A stretch of DNA of 64,000 nucleotides from Phenylobacterium sp. (lineage in GTDB: Bacteria > Pseudomonadota > Alphaproteobacteria > Caulobacterales > Caulobacteraceae), in assembly GCF_046463815.1 (NCBI RefSeq), contig NZ_JBKBRO010000019.1:8356-72355 (forward strand), in the 5' to 3' direction. The position numbers and the translations under genes were made by a program. The notes beneath the pieces were generated by a model. It saw only the letters and a program-made list of their open reading frames with translations, ran no database searches and was not told the DNA's origin. Positions 55,593 through 64,000 of the stretch are shown piece after piece (position 1 is the first letter of the stretch; each line of letters begins with the position of its first letter).

Positions 55593-56588
55593 CTAGAGGC
55601 GGACGACGCAGGCGCCCCATGTCAGACCTCCGCCCATGGCCTCCATGAGCAGGAGCTGACCGGGCTTGATTCGTCCGTCGCGGATGCCCTGGTCCAGGGC
55701 CAGCGGGATCGAGGCGGCCGAGGTGTTGGCGTGCTCGGCCACGGTCGAGATGACCTTGTGCTCGTCGATCCCCAGCCGCTTGGCGACGCCTTCCAGGATG
55801 CGCTGGTTGGCCTGGTGCGGGATGAACCAGTCGACGGACGAAACCTCGATTCCGGCGTCGGCCGCGGCGGCGGTGACCGCCTCGGAGATGTTCACCACGG
55901 CATGGCGGAACACCTGGTTGCCCTGCATCCGAAGGTAGCCCGTCTGGCGGTTGGTGGAGACGCCGCCGTCCACATACAGGAGGTCCTGCTTGGTCCCGTC
56001 GGCGCGCAGCGCGAAGCCCAGCAGGCCGCGGTCGGACGTGATCCCCTGCCCGGCCCGGGGCTCCACCACCACGGCGCCGGCGCCGTCGCCGAACAGCACG
56101 CAGGTGCCCCGGTCGTTCCAGTCCATGAGGCGGGTCATGACCTCGGCGCCGATCACCAAGGCGCACTTGGCGCGCCCGCGGGCCACGAAGCCGTCGGCCA
56201 CCGACAGGGCGTAGACGAAGCCCGAGCAGACGGCCTGCACGTCGAAGGCCACGCCCACGGGCGCGCCCAGCTTGCGCTGCACGATGGCGGCGGTGGCGGG
56301 GAAGGTCAGGTCCGGCGTGGTGGTGGCCACCACGATAAGGTCCACGTCCTCGGGCGAGCGCCCGGCGGCGTCGAGCGCGCGCCGGGCGGCCTCCACGGCC
56401 AGGTCCGAAACCGGTGTGCCGTCCGGGGCCTGGCGGCGCTGGCGGATGCCGGTGCGCTCTCGGATCCATTCATCGGAGGTGTCGACGATCTTGGCGAGGT
56501 CGTCGTTCGTGACGATGCGGTCGGGCAGGAACCCGCCGACGCCGGTCACCACGCTACGCAGCACGTTGGACAATTCAGGCGGCTCCAT
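55593..56588 (-). CDS. fabH: beta-ketoacyl-ACP synthase III
   Basis: 331-aa ORF; AVCSGFVYAL active-site Cys; HQANQRI and GNTSAASIP motifs. Confidence 0.95.
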   Translation of the reverse strand: MEPPELSNVLRSVVTGVGGFLPDRIVTNDDLAKIVDTSDEWIRERTGIRQRRQAPDGTPVSDLAVEAARRALDAAGRSPEDVDLIVVATTTPDLTFPATAAIVQRKLGAPVGVAFDVQAVCSGFVYALSVADGFVARGRAKCALVIGAEVMTRLMDWNDRGTCVLFGDGAGAVVVEPRAGQGITSDRGLLGFALRADGTKQDLLYVDGGVSTNRQTGYLRMQGNQVFRHAVVNISEAVTAAAADAGIEVSSVDWFIPHQANQRILEGVAKRLGIDEHKVISTVAEHANTSAASIPLALDQGIRDGRIKPGQLLLMEAMGGGLTWGACVVRL

Positions 56589-57630
56589 CCGCGGGGGCTG
56601 GCGCCGCGGGAGCGAGCGCGGCGGGAAGCCGCCTCATATTCCGTTCGATCTCAGACGCAAAGCCGCTTTGCGCAACGTCAGCCGCCGCGCGCACCGCCTT
56701 GGCGAACTCGCGGTCGCCGGCCCCGCCGTGACATTTGAGGACCAGACCGTTCAGGCCCAGCAGCGGGGCGGCGGGCGGCGGGTTGATCCGGTCGCGGAAC
56801 CGCAGCAGCGAGGGTCGCGCCAGGAGGGCGCCGAGCGACGAGAACGGCCCCGCGGTCAGGGCGGCGCGCAGTTCGCCGTACATGAAGCGGGCGGCCCCCT
56901 CCATGGACTTCAGCGCCACGTTCCCGGTGAAGCCGTCGGTGACGATGACGTCGACCGTGCCCTGGGTGATGTCGTCGCCCTCGACGAAGCCGCGGTACTC
57001 GAGATCGATGTGGCCCTCGCGCAGGATGCGGTTGGCCTCGCGGACCTCCTCGTGGCCCTTCATCTCCTCGGAGCCGACGTTCAGCAGGCCCACAGTGGGC
57101 CGCGCCACGCCGTGGGCGGCGCGATGGTAGGCCTCGCCCATGATGGCGAACTCGACCAGCCGCTCGGCGTCGCAGTCCACGTTGGCGCCGACGTCCAGGA
57201 ACGTCGTCAGCCCCTTGGCATGCGGGATGCTGGCCACCAGGGCCGGCCGGTCCAGGTCGGCGCTCATCCGCAGGATCAACTTGGAGATCGCCATCAGCGC
57301 GCCGGTGTTGCCGGCAGAGACGGCGACACCCGCCTCGCCCTCGCGGATCGCCTCGATGGCGTTCCACATTGAGGTGTCCTTGCCCCGGCGGAGCGCCTGG
57401 GCCGGCTTCTCGTCCATGCCGATCACGCGCTCGGCGTGGCGGATCTCGGCGCGGACGGCCAGGCCCGCGCACTTGCCCACCTCGGCCGCCACCTGCGCTT
57501 CGTCGCCATGGAGGAGGACGCGGACGTCGGCCGGCAGGTCCTTGAGCGCGCGCCAGACGGCCGGAACCGTCACGGACGGCCCGTGGTCTCCGCCCATGGC
57601 GTCGATGGAAATCACCAGTGGTTGGGTCAA
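56575..57630 (-). CDS. plsX: phosphate acyltransferase PlsX
   Basis: Real gene lies within the 552-aa ORF. Proposed TTG start at 57630 gives MTQPLVISIDAMGGDHGP. PlsX family throughout; 14-nt overlap with fabH. Confidence 0.88.
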   Translation of the reverse strand: MTQPLVISIDAMGGDHGPSVTVPAVWRALKDLPADVRVLLHGDEAQVAAEVGKCAGLAVRAEIRHAERVIGMDEKPAQALRRGKDTSMWNAIEAIREGEAGVAVSAGNTGALMAISKLILRMSADLDRPALVASIPHAKGLTTFLDVGANVDCDAERLVEFAIMGEAYHRAAHGVARPTVGLLNVGSEEMKGHEEVREANRILREGHIDLEYRGFVEGDDITQGTVDVIVTDGFTGNVALKSMEGAARFMYGELRAALTAGPFSSLGALLARPSLLRFRDRINPPPAAPLLGLNGLVLKCHGGAGDREFAKAVRAAADVAQSGFASEIERNMRRLPAALAPAAPAPADGAA

Positions 57631-57719
57631 GTCGGCGCTTTCGTCCCTCGGCCGCCTGCAGCCGGAATCATGGCGACCATACGCGGCGGTCCTGCATCTG
57701 AAAACCTCGGCGGCGGCGC

Positions 57720-58256
57720 CTAAGGCTTCGGGTCCTTGAGCTTCTTCAGGACGGCGAAGGGCGATTCCTCCTCCGCGTCCGAAGCGTAGTCGAAGGTGGC
57801 GCCGGGCTTGCGCGGGAACGGGTCGATCTCCAGCGACAGGTGCTCCACGACGTACTCCGCCAGGTCGAGCGCGTCGCCGGGCAGGACGTCCGGCGGGTCG
57901 TCGGCCTCGAGGTCCAGTTCCATCTCGCCGCCGCCGGTCTCCGCGGGCGCGTTCGGGCTGCCCGCCGGCACGGCGCGGGCGTGGATCTCCCCCGAGACCG
58001 CCTGTTCGAAGGGCTCCAGGGTCACGCCGCAGACATACCCCACGATGGCGTCGAAGCGGCCGGCGATCTCGGCCCCGTCCAGCCAGGGCTTCACCGTCAG
58101 TTGGGCCTTCAGCGCCGGCAGGCTGCTCAGCCCCAGGCGCTTGGCCACGGCCGCACGTTCGCCGTCGTCCGGCGCGAGGGCGAGGCTCACCGGCCCGCGG
58201 GCGAGCTCGTGAAGGCGAAGCGGCCTGTGCCACCCGTCGCTCACGCCGGCCTCCAA
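57720..58256 (-). CDS. DUF177 (YceD-family) protein
   Basis: 178-aa acidic ORF upstream of plsX, the canonical yceD position. Confidence 0.8.
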   Translation of the reverse strand: MEAGVSDGWHRPLRLHELARGPVSLALAPDDGERAAVAKRLGLSSLPALKAQLTVKPWLDGAEIAGRFDAIVGYVCGVTLEPFEQAVSGEIHARAVPAGSPNAPAETGGGEMELDLEADDPPDVLPGDALDLAEYVVEHLSLEIDPFPRKPGATFDYASDAEEESPFAVLKKLKDPKP

Positions 58257-58765
58257 GTCACCTCGCCGGCGTTCAGCCGCTCGGTCGGGATGGCCGCCAG
58301 CGCGTCGCGCTGGGCCAGCAGGTAGTCGGCCAGGGCGGCGGACCGATCCTCGGCGTCCGCATAGACCGTCCGGCCCAGCAGGGCTTCCAGGGGCGTGCGG
58401 TCCGGCAGGGCCTCCAGCGCGGCCAGATATGACCTGGCCCGCCCGTAGAAGGCCTCGCCCAGCTTGCGCATCTTCTTGCCGACGGCGAGGTCGCCGACCC
58501 CCATCTCGCGCAGGGCGTCGTCCAGCGCCCGCACATAGGTGTCGAACAGCGCCTGGGACGTCTCGGCGGCCTGGTCGCCCTGGAGGCGCAGGCGCTCCAG
58601 CAGCAGGACCACGTGCAGGCTGTAAAGCTCGAAACGGCCCTCGACCGTGTCGGGCGCCCCGAGGTCGCGGTAGAGCGCCGGCGAGCGGGCCTGCTCGACC
58701 ACGCGCCCATAGAGGGCGCGGCCAGCGACCTGGGCCGGGCGGGGCTTGAACAGGCTCTTCAGCAT
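58241..58765 (-). CDS. ubiquinol-cytochrome c chaperone (CBP3-like) family protein
   Basis: 174-aa ORF; FELYSLHVVLLLERLR and surrounding sequence typical of the Ubiq_cyt_C_chap family. Confidence 0.8.
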   Translation of the reverse strand: MLKSLFKPRPAQVAGRALYGRVVEQARSPALYRDLGAPDTVEGRFELYSLHVVLLLERLRLQGDQAAETSQALFDTYVRALDDALREMGVGDLAVGKKMRKLGEAFYGRARSYLAALEALPDRTPLEALLGRTVYADAEDRSAALADYLLAQRDALAAIPTERLNAGEVTWRPA

Positions 58766-58876
58766 CGGACGGCCTCGATTTCGCCAGAAGGCGCGGTTAA
58801 AGGCGGCATTGAACTAAGGGGCGGCCGGCTATAGGTCAAAGGCTCTTGCCCGTCAGGGGATTGGAAAACCGACCGA

Positions 58877-59371
58877 ATGTTCCGCAGCGCCGCCACCGCC
58901 GCCCTCGCCGCCGGCCTCATCGCCGCAGCCGGGCTCACCGCCTGTGCGCCGATCACCACCTACTCGGGTTTCCAGGCGATCGACGCCAATCCCAAGGACG
59001 TGGCCGTCGGGACCGACACCAAGTCGACCGTGCGGGCCAAGCTGGGCTCGCCCTCGGCCACCTCGACCTTCGACCCGAACACCTGGTTCTACGTGAACCA
59101 GGTCAAGCAGCGGGTCGCCTTCCGCAAGCCGCAGGTGACCGCCCGTAACGTCACCGCCATCACCTTCAACAAGGAGACGGAGGCCGTCGAGGCGGTGAAC
59201 AACTACACGCTCAAGGACGGCAAGGTGATCGCCTACAACGGGCGCGAAACACCCACCCGCGGCCGCGAGATGACCGTCATCGAACAGCTCCTGGGTAGCG
59301 TCGGCCGCGGCGGCATGCTGCCGCGCGAGGACGAAGGGGTTCCTGGCAGCCGCCCCGGCGACCGCCGGTAG
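58877..59371 (+). CDS. bamE: outer membrane protein assembly factor BamE (SmpA/OmlA)
   Basis: 164-aa ORF; lipobox GLTAC; GTDTKSTVRAKLGSPS...WFYV BamE pattern. Confidence 0.88.
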   Translation: MFRSAATAALAAGLIAAAGLTACAPITTYSGFQAIDANPKDVAVGTDTKSTVRAKLGSPSATSTFDPNTWFYVNQVKQRVAFRKPQVTARNVTAITFNKETEAVEAVNNYTLKDGKVIAYNGRETPTRGREMTVIEQLLGSVGRGGMLPREDEGVPGSRPGDRR

Positions 59372-59398
59372 GGCCCTCCCCTCCATCCCGAAAAGAGA

Positions 59399-59435
59399 AC
59401 GCCCCGGAGATCGCTCTCCGGGGCGTCTTTGTTTC
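59399..59435. terminator. bidirectional intrinsic terminator between bamE and hppA
   Basis: 12-bp stem ACGCCCCGGAGA-TCGC-TCTCCGGGGCGT. Flanked by CTTTGTTTC on the plus strand and TCTCTTTTC on the minus strand. Confidence 0.8.
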
Positions 59436-59451
59436 GGCCGTCGCCGGCAGA

Positions 59452-61572
59452 TCAGGCCGTGTGGGCCAGGACCGCCAGCAGCAGCAGGGCCACGATGTTC
59501 GTGATCTTGATCATCGGGTTCACCGCGGGGCCTGCGGTGTCCTTGTAGGGGTCGCCGACGGTGTCGCCGGTCACGGCCGCCTTGTGGGCGTCAGAGCCCT
59601 TGCCGCCGTAATGCCCTTCTTCGATCAGCTTCTTGGCGTTGTCCCAGGCGCCGCCGCCGCTCGTCATCGAGACGGCGACGAACAGGCCGGTGACAATCAC
59701 GCCCATCAGCATGGCGCCGAGCGCCGCGAAGGCGTCATTGTTCCCCGAGATCGCGCGGATCGCGAAGAACAGCAGCACCGGCGAGACCACGGGCAGCAGG
59801 GACGGCACGATCATCTCGCGGATGGCCGCCTTGGTCAGGATGTCGACGGCGCGGCCGTATTCCGGCTTCACCTCCCCGGTCATGATCCCGGGGTTCTCCT
59901 TGAACTGGCGACGCACCTCGGCGACGACCGCCTCGGCGGCCCGGCCCACGGCGGTCATCGACATGCCGCCGAACAGGAACGGCAGCAGGCCGCCGAACAG
60001 CAGGCCGACCACCACGTAGGGATTCGACAGGTCGAAGGCGACCGAACCCAGGCCTTCGAAGAACGAGCCCGGCGCGGCGTTGGCCGAGAAGAACTTCAGG
60101 TCCTCGGTGTAGGCGGCGAAGAGCACCAGCGCGCCCAGGCCGGCCGAACCGATGGCGTAGCCCTTGGTCACGGCCTTGGTCGTGTTGCCCACGGCGTCCA
60201 GGGCGTCGGTGGAGACGCGGACTTCCTTGGGCAGGCCCGCCATCTCGGCGATGCCGCCGGCGTTGTCCGTCACCGGGCCGAAGGCGTCGAGGGCGACGAT
60301 CATGCCGGCCAGCGACAGCATGGCGGTCGTGGCGATGGCGATGCCGAACAGGCCGGCCAGGTTGTAGGTCACCAGGATGCCGATGATGATCGTCAGCGCG
60401 GGCAGCGCCGTGGATTCCAGCGACATGGCCAGGCCCTGGATCACGTTCGTGCCGTGGCCGGAGACCGACGCCTTGGCCACCGACTTCACCGGCCGGAAGC
60501 CCGTGCCCGTGTAGTACTCGGTGATGACCACGATGGCCGCCGTCACCAGCAGGCCCACGACGCCGCACCAGAAGAGCTCGGTGGGACCGAAGGTGAACGC
60601 GCCGGCGGTCACCGCGCCCGGAACCAGCTTGTTGATGACGAACCACAGCGCCGCGATCGAGGTCACGCCGGTGACGATGAGGCCCTGGTAGAGGGCGCCC
60701 ATGATGTTCTGCTTCTTGCCCAGGCGGACGAAGAAGGTGCCCAGGATCGAGGTCACGATGCAGACGCCGCAGATGGCCAGCGGCAGCAGCATCATGTCCA
60801 GTTCGACGCCCGAGCCGCGGAAGAAGATCGCCGCCAGCACCATGGTCGCGACGGTGGTCACGGCGTAGGTTTCGAAGAGGTCGGCGGCCATGCCGGCGCA
60901 GTCGCCGACGTTGTCGCCCACGTTGTCGGCGATGGTCGCGGCGTTGCGCGGGTCATCCTCGGGGATGCCGGCCTCCACCTTGCCCACCATGTCGCCGCCC
61001 ACGTCGGCGCCCTTGGTGAAGATGCCCCCGCCCAGACGGGCGAAGATCGAGATCAGCGACGCGCCGAAGCCCAGGGCGACGAGGCTGTCCACGACGACCC
61101 GGTCGGTGGCCCCATGGCCCAGCACGTTGGTCAGCACCGCGAAGTAGACCGACACGCCCAGCAGCGCGAAGCCGGCCACCAGCATGCCGGTGATCGCGCC
61201 CGAACGGAACGCGAGGGACAGGCCCTTGGCCAGGCTCTCGGAGGCGGCCTGCGACGTGCGCACGTTGGCCCGCACCGAGATCAGCATGCCGGCGAAGCCC
61301 GCGAGGCCCGAAAGCACGGCCCCGATGGCGAAGCCCAGCGCGGCTTCCCAGCCGAGCAGGAGGAAGGCGGCGACGAGGATGACCGCGCCGACGATCGCGA
61401 TGGTGGTGTACTGGCGGTTGAGGTACGCCTGCGCGCCCTCCTGAATGGCGGCGGCGATCTCCTGCATCCGCGCGTTGCCGGGCGAGGCCCGCAACAGCGA
61501 ACTGCTCTGTACGATGCCGTAGAGCACCGCGAGCAGGCCGGCGACGATCACCAGCATAAGCGTTGAACTCAT
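59452..61572 (-). CDS. hppA: membrane-bound proton-translocating pyrophosphatase
   Basis: 706-aa multi-TM ORF; [19 protein letters not shown] and [19 protein letters not shown] motifs. Confidence 0.96.
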   Translation of the reverse strand: MSSTLMLVIVAGLLAVLYGIVQSSSLLRASPGNARMQEIAAAIQEGAQAYLNRQYTTIAIVGAVILVAAFLLLGWEAALGFAIGAVLSGLAGFAGMLISVRANVRTSQAASESLAKGLSLAFRSGAITGMLVAGFALLGVSVYFAVLTNVLGHGATDRVVVDSLVALGFGASLISIFARLGGGIFTKGADVGGDMVGKVEAGIPEDDPRNAATIADNVGDNVGDCAGMAADLFETYAVTTVATMVLAAIFFRGSGVELDMMLLPLAICGVCIVTSILGTFFVRLGKKQNIMGALYQGLIVTGVTSIAALWFVINKLVPGAVTAGAFTFGPTELFWCGVVGLLVTAAIVVITEYYTGTGFRPVKSVAKASVSGHGTNVIQGLAMSLESTALPALTIIIGILVTYNLAGLFGIAIATTAMLSLAGMIVALDAFGPVTDNAGGIAEMAGLPKEVRVSTDALDAVGNTTKAVTKGYAIGSAGLGALVLFAAYTEDLKFFSANAAPGSFFEGLGSVAFDLSNPYVVVGLLFGGLLPFLFGGMSMTAVGRAAEAVVAEVRRQFKENPGIMTGEVKPEYGRAVDILTKAAIREMIVPSLLPVVSPVLLFFAIRAISGNNDAFAALGAMLMGVIVTGLFVAVSMTSGGGAWDNAKKLIEEGHYGGKGSDAHKAAVTGDTVGDPYKDTAGPAVNPMIKITNIVALLLLAVLAHTA

Positions 61573-61787
61573 AGTTTGCGCACCCCTTTGCGATCTGCGC
61601 GGAGGGGACGCCGGACCCCCGCCTGGGCGGCCGACCGGCGTGTTCCCAGCCCCTGATTACGTTTCCCCATGCGCCGGAGCTTCGTTCGTCCCCGGCAGGA
61701 CGGCGAAACTATCCAGGTTTCCGAGGGGTGCGCAACCGCAGCGACCGGCGTCCGCCGAACGCCGTCGCTGGTGGGCGGAGGCCGTCT

Positions 61788-62216
61788 TCAGGCCTTGGGC
61801 GTCGCCACCCGCCGGCGGGGAGACTGCGATGTGACCACGACCGACCGGATCAGGCCCGGTCCGGCGATGGCCGTGGCTTCCCGCTGCAGCGTCGCCGACA
61901 GCTTCGCGGTGTCGATCTTGCTGTAGTCGCTGGCCAGGGTGAACGGCGTCCGATGTCCGGCCCGGACCAGGGCGTCACGGAAATGGGGCTCCTTCTCGCG
62001 CAGGCGGGGCACGTCCGCCTTCCCGGTCAGATTGATGCGGACATAGACGAAGACGTAGTTCACGAGCCGGCCCTCGGCCACGATCGGCAAGGCCACGGGC
62101 GCCAGGTCGACGTACTGTCCAACCTCCTTGCCCTCCCCTTCCTTCTCCTTCTCGGCCGCGCGCGGGGCGGCGGGCAGGAGAATCAGCGGCAGGGCGATCA
62201 GGGCGCGGCGGAGCAT
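61788..62216 (-). CDS. hypothetical secreted protein (weak FliL-like pattern)
   Basis: Trimmed to MLRRALIALPLILLPAAPRAA (signal). YVDLAPVALPIV...LVNYVFVYVRINL resembles the FliL C-terminal fold. Function not established. Confidence 0.5.
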   Translation of the reverse strand: MLRRALIALPLILLPAAPRAAEKEKEGEGKEVGQYVDLAPVALPIVAEGRLVNYVFVYVRINLTGKADVPRLREKEPHFRDALVRAGHRTPFTLASDYSKIDTAKLSATLQREATAIAGPGLIRSVVVTSQSPRRRVATPKA

Positions 62217-62330
62217 GGCGTCATCCTCGCCTCGATTCGGTTGCGTCATTCTTTCCTGCTCACGGCGAATGGCTGCCCCAGCAGAACGATGGTATCTTCA
62301 GCACAAGAACAATGGGAGGAAATCGGAGCC

Positions 62331-63269
62331 ATGTCTCCGACAAGACGTACAGCCGTCGGTCTGCTGACCGCCGGCGCGGCGGCCCTACCCCTGGGCGCGG
62401 TCCGGGCGCAGGCCGTGGAGGACACCCCCGGTCCGGGCGACGACGATCACACCGAGCTCAGCGCGGGCGAGGACCGGTTCACCCACCTGATGGCGCCGGT
62501 GACCATCAACGGCCGTGGCCCCTACCAGTTCCTGCTCGACACCGGCGCCAACACGAGCTGCGTCTCGCCCCGCCTCGTCGAGGAGCTGTCTCTCGAACCC
62601 GGCCCGCCGGCCATGGTCCATACCGTCGTGGGGGTGCGTGAACGACCCAGCTTCGTCATCGACGAACTGAAGGTCGGCAAGCGCAACCGGCGCCGGGTCC
62701 GGGCCCCCGCCCTGCCCCTCAAGGGCCCCGGCGTCGACGGCGTCCTGGGGATCGACTGGCTGCGCGGCCAGCGCCTGGTCCTCGACTTCAAGGCGCGGTC
62801 CATCGAGATCACCGGGTCCCGGGCCGACCAGCCCGAGCCCAACCGGGTGGTGGTGGTGCCGGCCCGCAAGCGGCTGGGCCAGCTCACCATCGTCGGCGCC
62901 GACCTGAATGGCGTGCCGATCAGCGCCCTGGTCGACTCCGGCGCGCAGGGCTCGCTCTGCAACAAGCCGCTGCGCGATCTGGTCCGCGCGTCCGAGATTC
63001 GCAAGGGCAAGGCCGCGCCGCCGGAATACGTGAAGATGGAGTCCCTGGCGGGCGAGGTGTTCCGGGGCGAGACGGTCTTCCTGCCCTTCCTCAAGCTGGG
63101 CGGCCTGCACCTGGGCAACGTTCAGGTCAGCTACGCCGACATGCACGTCTTCAAGATCTGGGGCCTTGAGGACAAGCCGGCGCTGGTGCTGGGGATGGAC
63201 CTGCTCATGCAGTTCGAACAGGTGGCCCTGGACTTCGGCCGCTCGACCGTCCGGTTCCAGTTCGTCTGA
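62331..63269 (+). CDS. Tat-exported tandem retropepsin-like aspartic protease
   Basis: The ATG follows GGGAGGA. Twin-arginine MSPTRRTAVGLLTAGAAAL. Two aspartyl-protease motifs, LLDTGAN and LVDSGAQ, in one chain. Confidence 0.8.
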   Translation: MSPTRRTAVGLLTAGAAALPLGAVRAQAVEDTPGPGDDDHTELSAGEDRFTHLMAPVTINGRGPYQFLLDTGANTSCVSPRLVEELSLEPGPPAMVHTVVGVRERPSFVIDELKVGKRNRRRVRAPALPLKGPGVDGVLGIDWLRGQRLVLDFKARSIEITGSRADQPEPNRVVVVPARKRLGQLTIVGADLNGVPISALVDSGAQGSLCNKPLRDLVRASEIRKGKAAPPEYVKMESLAGEVFRGETVFLPFLKLGGLHLGNVQVSYADMHVFKIWGLEDKPALVLGMDLLMQFEQVALDFGRSTVRFQFV

Positions 63270-63272
63270 GGT

Positions 63273-64000
63273 TCAGGCGTGGCGCCAGCCGCCGGCGCCC
63301 GGCTCCAGCGTCCGGCCGACGGCGCGCACCTCGACGCCCTCGCCTTCGGAGATCTTCCCGACGACGGTGAATCCCGGCGGCTTGCGCACGCCGGGCGGGA
63401 CCGTGCAGACGACCTCGTAGTCGTCGCCCCCCGAGGCCAGCCGCAGGAGCGCCGCGGCCGTGTCCGGCTGGCCTTCGAGCCAAGTCGCCGCCGCGCCGGA
63501 CAGCGGGAGCCGCTCCAGGTCAAGCGTGACGGCGACGCCGCTGGCCTCCGCGATGTGCCGGACATCGGCGATCAGGCCGTCCGAGACGTCCGCCGCGGCG
63601 GTCGCCGCCCGCCGCAGGGCCGCGCGCAGGTCGAGGCGGGGTTCAGGCAGGCGGTAGCGGTAGGCGAGCGACCCGTCGGGATCCTCGATCTCGCCCTTCA
63701 CGGCGGCCAGGCCGAGGGTGGCGTCGCCGATCGTCCCACTGACGAGCACCAGGTCGCCAGGCCGCGCGCCCGACCGACGCACCATCCGCCCCTCCGGGAC
63801 CCAGCCGAAGGCGGTCAGGCTGACGGTGAACGGTCCGGGCGTGGAGACCGTGTCCCCGCCCAGCAGCGGCATGCCGAAGGCCTCCAGGTCGGCCGCCAGC
63901 CCTTGCGCGAAGCGTTCGCGGTCCCGGAGCTGGTAGCTGCGGGGCCAGGCCACGGCCAGCAGGCAGCCCGCCGGCTCCGCGCCCTTGGCCGCCAGGTCCG
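63273..64000 (-). CDS. thiL: thiamine-monophosphate kinase, C-terminal part (gene start lies beyond the window end)
   Basis: AIR-synthase-like fold sequence (GGDTVSTPGPFTVSLTAFG...SGGDDYEVVCTVPP). The reading frame stays open to base 64000. Confidence 0.85.
   Translation of the reverse strand, partial: DLAAKGAEPAGCLLAVAWPRSYQLRDRERFAQGLAADLEAFGMPLLGGDTVSTPGPFTVSLTAFGWVPEGRMVRRSGARPGDLVLVSGTIGDATLGLAAVKGEIEDPDGSLAYRYRLPEPRLDLRAALRRAATAAADVSDGLIADVRHIAEASGVAVTLDLERLPLSGAAATWLEGQPDTAAALLRLASGGDDYEVVCTVPPGVRKPPGFTVVGKISEGEGVEVRAVGRTLEPGAGGWRHA

Noticed and set aside
57631-57719. An expected rpmF (L32) gene between yceD/DUF177 and plsX, as in the canonical yceD-rpmF-plsX-fabH cluster.
   Set aside because: The gap is only 89 nt with no ORF of suitable size, so rpmF must lie elsewhere in this genome. 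This is not evidence of a deletion artefact.

Overview
The window is a GC-rich alphaproteobacterial chromosome segment. Third codon positions are almost all G/C, which produces many long antisense shadow ORFs. Gene content and order look Caulobacterales-like: a PopA-type REC-REC-degenerate-GGDEF protein, a two-domain cold-shock protein, sdhE-mfd divergent from recG, and ctaA, hppA and phaC. That taxonomic placement is inference only.

Most of the window is housekeeping:
- DNA metabolism: tatD, holB, tmk, mfd, recG, recJ.
- LPS precursors: hldE, hldD, kdsA.
- Sulfur and amino-acid metabolism: cysK-like, sseA, metC, hom, an aminotransferase, argC.
- Lipid synthesis: fabH, plsX, a cfa-like gene.
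- Ribosomal proteins: rplM, rpsI.
- Five tRNAs: Ser-UGA, Arg-UCU, Pro-UGG, Glu-UUC, Pro-GGG.

The clearest accessory feature is a roughly 3.9-kb integrative element inserted in tRNA-Ser(UGA), spanning 3633-7574. It is flanked by an imperfect 65-nt direct repeat whose 20-nt identical core lies in the anticodon loop. It carries an intact tyrosine integrase and a tightly coupled minus-strand operon: AlpA/Xis-like, 94 aa, a rolling-circle (pC194 Rep_1-like) initiator candidate, and 109 aa. Its cargo gene encodes a secreted TonB C-terminal domain without a membrane anchor. I consider this element the best candidate for an undescribed system, either a minimal integrative/mobilizable or satellite-like element, possibly with a TonB-decoy function.

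Other points worth a second look:
- an orphan TadE/TadE/TadG-vWA module with a 31-bp tandem duplication in its divergent promoter
- the PopA-like c-di-GMP effector
- a TPR-GT9 fusion
- a Tat-exported tandem retropepsin protease
- a DUF3089 protein lacking the nucleophile serine
- a long-range anti-SD pairing in the hppA leader
- GANTC-rich stem-loops

No CRISPR array, rRNA, transposase or recognisable defence system was seen. All coordinates and motif calls were made by eye from the sequence and the ORF track. No database search was run.
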